From contig NW_021836095.1 of assembly GCF_006345805.1 (NCBI RefSeq), positions 1 to 25,524 on the forward strand: a stretch of DNA of 25,524 nt, given 5' to 3'. The notes under the pieces are model-generated. The model saw nothing but the letters and a program-made list of their open reading frames with translations. It was not told the DNA's origin and ran no database searches. This DNA is from Octopus sinensis. Its lineage: Eukaryota. How positions within the stretch are numbered: position 1 is the stretch's first letter; every line of letters starts with the position of its first letter. The position numbers were made by a program, and so were the translations under genes. Shown piece after piece: positions 20,998 through 25,524 of the stretch.

Positions 20998-21522
20998 ACC
21001 AATAGGTACGCTGGATATTAGGTAACCCTGCACATTAGGCACGCCCTAGACATTGGGCACCCCCTTGGCATTAGGTAACACCTGAACATTAGATAAGCCC
21101 TGGACAAATGGCACACCTTGGACATTAGGTATGCCCTGGACATTAGGTACGCCCTAGACATTAGGTACGTCCTGGATATTAGGTAGCCCCAGGGCATTGG
21201 GTAACGCCTGGACGTTAGATGCGTCCTGGACATTAGACACCCCCTGGGCATTTGGTAAACGCTGGATATTAGGGAACCCTGCACATTAGGTATGCCCTAG
21301 ACATTAGGTACCTCCTTGGCATTAGGTAACACCTGAACATTAGGTACGCCCTGGACATATGGAACCCCTTGGACATTAGGTATGCCCTGGACATTAGGTA
21401 CGCCCTGGACATTAGGTACGCCATGGTCATTAGGTATCCCCTAGGTTTTAGGCAACCCCTGAACATTAGGTACCTCCTAAATATTAGGCACCCCTCGGAG
21501 ATTAGGTACGCACTGGACATTA
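20998..21522. repeat. 18-bp minisatellite (ACATTAGGTACGCCCTGG)n, about 28-29 units, with a 251-bp higher-order duplication
   Basis: Direct periodicity. The variant block at 21011-21170 recurs at 21262-21420. Confidence 0.93.
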
Positions 21523-21654
21523 CTGTCTCGAGTCCTATAATTTATACGGATGCCTACCTGGCTTCTATGGCGTATAAGTAACCGAAATCCCAACATCCCG
21601 GTCCCCTAAATGGGGTTACAAATTTGATCGTCGCAGGTTTAATCTATTATAGCA

Positions 21655-21780
21655 AAGTACACTGGAATAATGTGAAATGAAGTGTCTTGCTCAAGAACAC
21701 AAAGCAACGACAGGACTGGTGATCGAACCCACCATCTTGCGGTCGCGAGTACAGCACGCTATATACTAAGGCAAGCGCTT
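21655..21780 (-). mobile_element. SINE 5' fragment (tRNA-like head and central domain, family of 3873)
   Basis: Minus GGTTCGATCACC...TGTGTTCTTGAGCAAGACACTTCATTTC. Confidence 0.7.
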
Positions 21781-22214
21781 TCATGTACAGAATGTAAATA
21801 GGTAATTTTCTCTACAAGATATAATTATTTCCCTCCTTATGTGCCAGGATTCGATCTTGGCATCGCAAGCCACCAAATACAGATAATTTGATTGATTAGT
21901 TCTAAAAGAGAAACTAATTTGCTTCGGCACGCAAATAGTTCTATCGATGATTGGCTCAATTAATTACTAGCAGAATAATTGTGATAAGATATATCTTATA
22001 TATAAAATCATTTTAACCAGCGGGAGTCACCCGTGGAAAGTCCACGTTTTGGTAAATGATCTTGTTTCTATTTTGATGCGTTCGTTTATAGATTTTCCTG
22101 GCTATGTCTCATTCTGATAAATATCTTGATTGTTTCTCCGGTTCTGTTCTATATTTAAGCTTGTTGCAAGTATAACATTCAAAGTTGTTTCATTATGTTA
22201 AGCAAACGATAAAA

Positions 22215-23090
22215 GGCGGCGAGCACGCCGGGCGAAATGCGTAGACGTATTTCGTCTGCCGTTACGTTCCGAGTTCAAATTCTGCCGAGGTCGACTTTGC
22301 CTTTCATCCTTTCAGGGTCGATTAAATAAGTACCAGTTACGCACTGGGGTCGATATAATCGACTTAATCCGTTTGTCTGAGCTTGTTTGTCCCATCTGTG
22401 TTTAGCCCCTTGTGGGCAGTAAAGAAATAGGTATTTCGTCTGCCGTTACGTTCTGAGTTTAATTTCTGCCGAGGTCGACTTTGCCTTTCATCCTTTCGGG
22501 GTCGATAAATTAAGTACCAGTTACGCACTGGGGTCAATATACTCGACTTAATCCCTTTGTCTATCCTTGTTTGTCCTCTCTGCGTTTAGCCCCTTGTGGG
22601 TAGAAAAGAAATAGGTATTTCGTCTGCCGCTACATTCTGAGTTCAAATTCCGCCGAGGTCGACTTTGCCTTTCATCCTTTCGGGGTCGATTAAATAAGTA
22701 CCAGTTACGCACTGGGATCGATATAATCGACTTAATCCGTTTGTCTGTCCTTGTTCGTCCTCTCTGTGTTTAGCCCCTTGTTGATAGTAAAGAATTCTGT
22801 ATTTTGTCTGCCGTTACGTTCTGAGTTCAAATTCCGCCGAGGTCGACTTTGCCTTTCATCCTTTCAGGGTCGATTAAATAAGTACCAGTTACGCACTGGG
22901 GTCGATATAATCGACTTAATCCGTTTGTCTGAGCTTGTTTGTCCCATCTGTGTTTAGCCCCTTGTGGGCAGTAAAGAAATAGGTATTTCGTCTGCCGTTA
23001 CGTTCTGAGTTCAAATTCCGCCGAGGTCGACTTTGCCTTCCAACCTTTCCAAACATTTTCGGGCCTTGTGCCTAGAGTAGAAAAGAATAT
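22215..23090 (+). mobile_element. CORE-type SINE multimer: A-box-deleted head, four full 184-bp units and a partial fifth
   Basis: Unit starts GTATTT at 22247, 22431, 22615, 22799 and 22983, an exact 184-bp period. The head lacks CTGGCAGAAACGTTAG relative to the other copies. Confidence 0.93.
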
Positions 23091-23091
23091 G

Positions 23092-23280
23092 TGAGGCCCC
23101 GGCGGGGGGTGCTGGCGGCCCCTGTTGTACTCTTTCGCCACAACTTTCTCTCACTGTTTCTTGAGTAACGCTGTGATCGACTGGCGTCTGGTGAAGCTGG
23201 GTGCAGGGGACACATACGCCAGAGAAACCGGGAAACCGGGCCCATGAGCCTAGCTAGGCTTGAAAAGGGCGACGCTTATC
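23092..23280 (+). mobile_element. SINE fragment sharing its body with 23908-24288 but carrying a different 3' module
   Basis: CCCTGTTGTACTCTTTCGCCACAACTTTCTCTCACT matches ~24050-24085, then diverges into GATCGACTGGCGTC...GAAAAGGGCG. Confidence 0.65.
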
Positions 23281-23907
23281 GTTTTATCGTTATATAAACG
23301 CAGTTGAAGTAGAAACTTACAACGCCGCTGGGGGAGGGTTTGTTCGTTTACAGATGCTGTTGTTGTGCTGGTTTCTTGAGCTGCGTAAAGAAATAACTGA
23401 CAACCCCAGCGAACAATTAACAGAAGGTTATATTACTACACAGTGGTTTCTGTGTGTGTTTGTATTTTTTTATTATAAATACTAACAGCTATAATTGTAT
23501 AGAGAGACAAACATCTATTTTGGGTATACGACAAGTTAATTGATATAACATTCTGTAGCTGACCCATCACGACTGGAAAATAATTGCGCTATATTCGTGG
23601 CGACGAAAATTCCTCTCTGATAGGAAAAAATATTTCTATCAGAAATTTAGGCACAATCTCAATGTAATTCTCTAATGGTAAATGTAATTCTTTAACAAAA
23701 TTCTCTAATTCGAAAATATACCGTATTTTAATGTGTACAAGGAATCCTTTTTTGTCAAAAATTGGGTTTAAAAAATATGGGAGTTTCTTATACATGGATA
23801 GTATTATAATATATGTGTGTGTGGGTGGGTGGGTGCGTGTTTGTGTTTACCCGCCCCCGACCCCACACTCACAAACACTATTGCTTGACAACCTATGTGG
23901 TGTGTTT

Positions 23908-24288
23908 GGCGGCGCAATGGCCCAGTGGTTAGGGCAGCGGACTCGCGGTCAGAGGATCGCGGTTTCGATTCCCAGACCGGGCGTTGTGAGTGTTTATTGA
24001 GCGAAAACGCCTAAAGTTCCACGAGGCTCCGGCAGGGGATGGTGGTGATCCCTGCTGTACTCTTTCACCACAACTTTCTCTCACTCTTACTTCCTGTTTC
24101 TGTTGTACCTGTATTTCAAAGGGCCGGCCTTGTCACTCTCTGTGTCACGCTGAATATCCCCGAGAACTACGTTAAGGGTACACATGTCTGTGGAGAGCTC
24201 AGCCACTTACACGTTAATTTCACGAGCAGGCTGTTCCGTTGATTCGGATCAACCGGAACCCTCATTGTCGTAACCGACGGAGTGCTTC
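23908..24288 (+). mobile_element. Full-length tRNA-derived SINE
   Basis: A-box TGGCCCAGTGG at 23918-23928 and B-box GGTTTCGATTCC at 23961-23972. The 3' module is shared with 2720-2806 and 3234-3310. Confidence 0.88.
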
Positions 24289-24294
24289 TATTCC

Positions 24295-24470
24295 CATGTG
24301 GTGTGTTTACGTCCCCGTAGCCTAGCGGTCCGGCCAAACTGATCGATAGAATAAGCAGTAGGCTAAGAAAATAAGTTCTGGGTTCGATTTGTCCGACCTA
24401 TTTACCCTTCAGGGTAATGCTCCAGCATGGCTGCAGTCAAATGACTGAAAGAAGTAAAAGAGTAAAAAAA
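24295..24470 (+). mobile_element. SINE 3' half fragment
   Basis: GTGTTTACGTCCCCGTAGCCTAGCGG...GATAGAATAAG...CTCCAGCATGGCTGCAGTCAAATGACTGAAA. Confidence 0.75.
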
Positions 24471-24989
24471 CAATTAAAAGAACAGTTACCTAAATTGTTC
24501 TTCATGAACGGATTAAACTTCGTACCTTTCGCGTCACTACCGGCCATTCGAAGCTCATATGATATTAGCAGACCAACAAGAAATTACTCGCCAGTCAAAC
24601 GAATTCTTTCTTTCCCTTACAGTGATTCGACCTTCTAAACACCTGCGTTTGTGATGGAGAGCTAAGTATTAAAAGTGAAAAACATTTCCACTTTAATTAA
24701 AATCAATCAATTAACGACAGACAACATAATTACACCTTCTTTTGTTTTTTTACTGCGCCCGCCGAAATCTTCATCTTGACAAGAATTTTTAACACTCCCA
24801 TCAACACACTTATATATATGTGACTCTGTGTGTGTGTGTGTGTGTATGTGTGTGGTGTCTGGATATATATGAGGATATATCTGTGTGTGTGTGTGTGTAC
24901 ATGTATCTATATATATATTATGTGTGTGTGTGTGCGTATGTTTCTACACTGATGAATAGATATACGTGCAGACACATACATACAGAGAT

Positions 24990-25039
24990 ATCTACCGATA
25001 TATAATTATATATTTATATATATACATATACAGACATGG

Positions 25040-25091
<52 letters not shown>

Positions 25092-25280
25092 ATATATATA
25101 ACTTTTATATATATATAATATATATATATACATATACATATAAATATGTATATACATGTATATATACTTGTGTATATATACACATATATGTACATATATA
25201 TAAACACACATACCTACATATAAAAATAGACATATATATATATACGCACATATGCACACACTCACACACATATATGAAGA

Positions 25281-25326
<46 letters not shown>

Positions 25327-25375
25327 CAGACAGACAGACTGATAGATAATTATATAGATGGACAGATAGACAGAC
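24990..25375. repeat. (TA)n, (CA)n, (GA)n and (GACA)n low-complexity cluster
   Basis: Direct periodicity. Confidence 0.93.
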
Positions 25376-25524
25376 AGACGTGTTGGGTGCGGTGGTAGGC
25401 CCGTCTGTTCTTTAAACTATTGCACATGTAGTGTGTGTTCATAAACAGAGAAATGAAACAAAATTAGCAAATTACATTACTTAGTTAAATTATATTAAGT
25501 TATGCGAAAAAAATATTATGTAAA

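Noticed and set aside
21018-21581. MSRAYL / DIRYAL hexapeptide ORFs
   Set aside because: They come from an 18-bp minisatellite. 17-bp units and stops break the frames.
22247-23040. CRISPR-like regular array
   Set aside because: The whole 184-bp unit repeats with no unique spacers, the context is eukaryotic, and there are no cas genes.
23589-23810. 68-aa ORF and a pogo/Tc1-like terminal motif TACCGTATTTT...CTTATAC
   Set aside because: The ORF has no recognisable similarity, and no matching opposite TIR was found to support a transposon call.
23908-23985. tRNA gene candidates (also 3873-3945)
   Set aside because: A and B boxes are present, but there is no proper acceptor stem or cloverleaf and the sequence runs into SINE bodies.

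Overview
AT-rich, repeat-saturated animal non-coding DNA (intron or intergenic), most likely octopus/coleoid cephalopod. That assignment is inferred from the tRNA-derived CORE-type SINE families and the extreme microsatellite density. No host exon, real tRNA, rRNA or CRISPR array is supportable, and almost all ORFs in the track are microsatellite read-throughs. Recognisable content: many SINE copies and fragments, including a SINE forming in-phase 184-bp multimers at three loci; an RTE-clade LINE 3' end with an 11-bp TSD; an R4/Dong-like RLE LINE 3' end; a TIR MITE with a 6-7 bp TSD inside a SINE head; a 116-bp-arm palindrome; an inverted pair of ~40-bp tandem arrays; and an 18-bp minisatellite with a 251-bp higher-order period. 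The most notable signal is a set of Penelope/retrozyme-type type I hammerhead ribozyme motifs. One has an intact core (8774-8866, minus) and two are degenerate (636-675, 20390-20483). A ~190-bp dispersed element present in three copies (about 300-495, 11806-11990, 19800-20003) carries a minimal hammerhead-like fold with a shared non-canonical CUGUNGA core.
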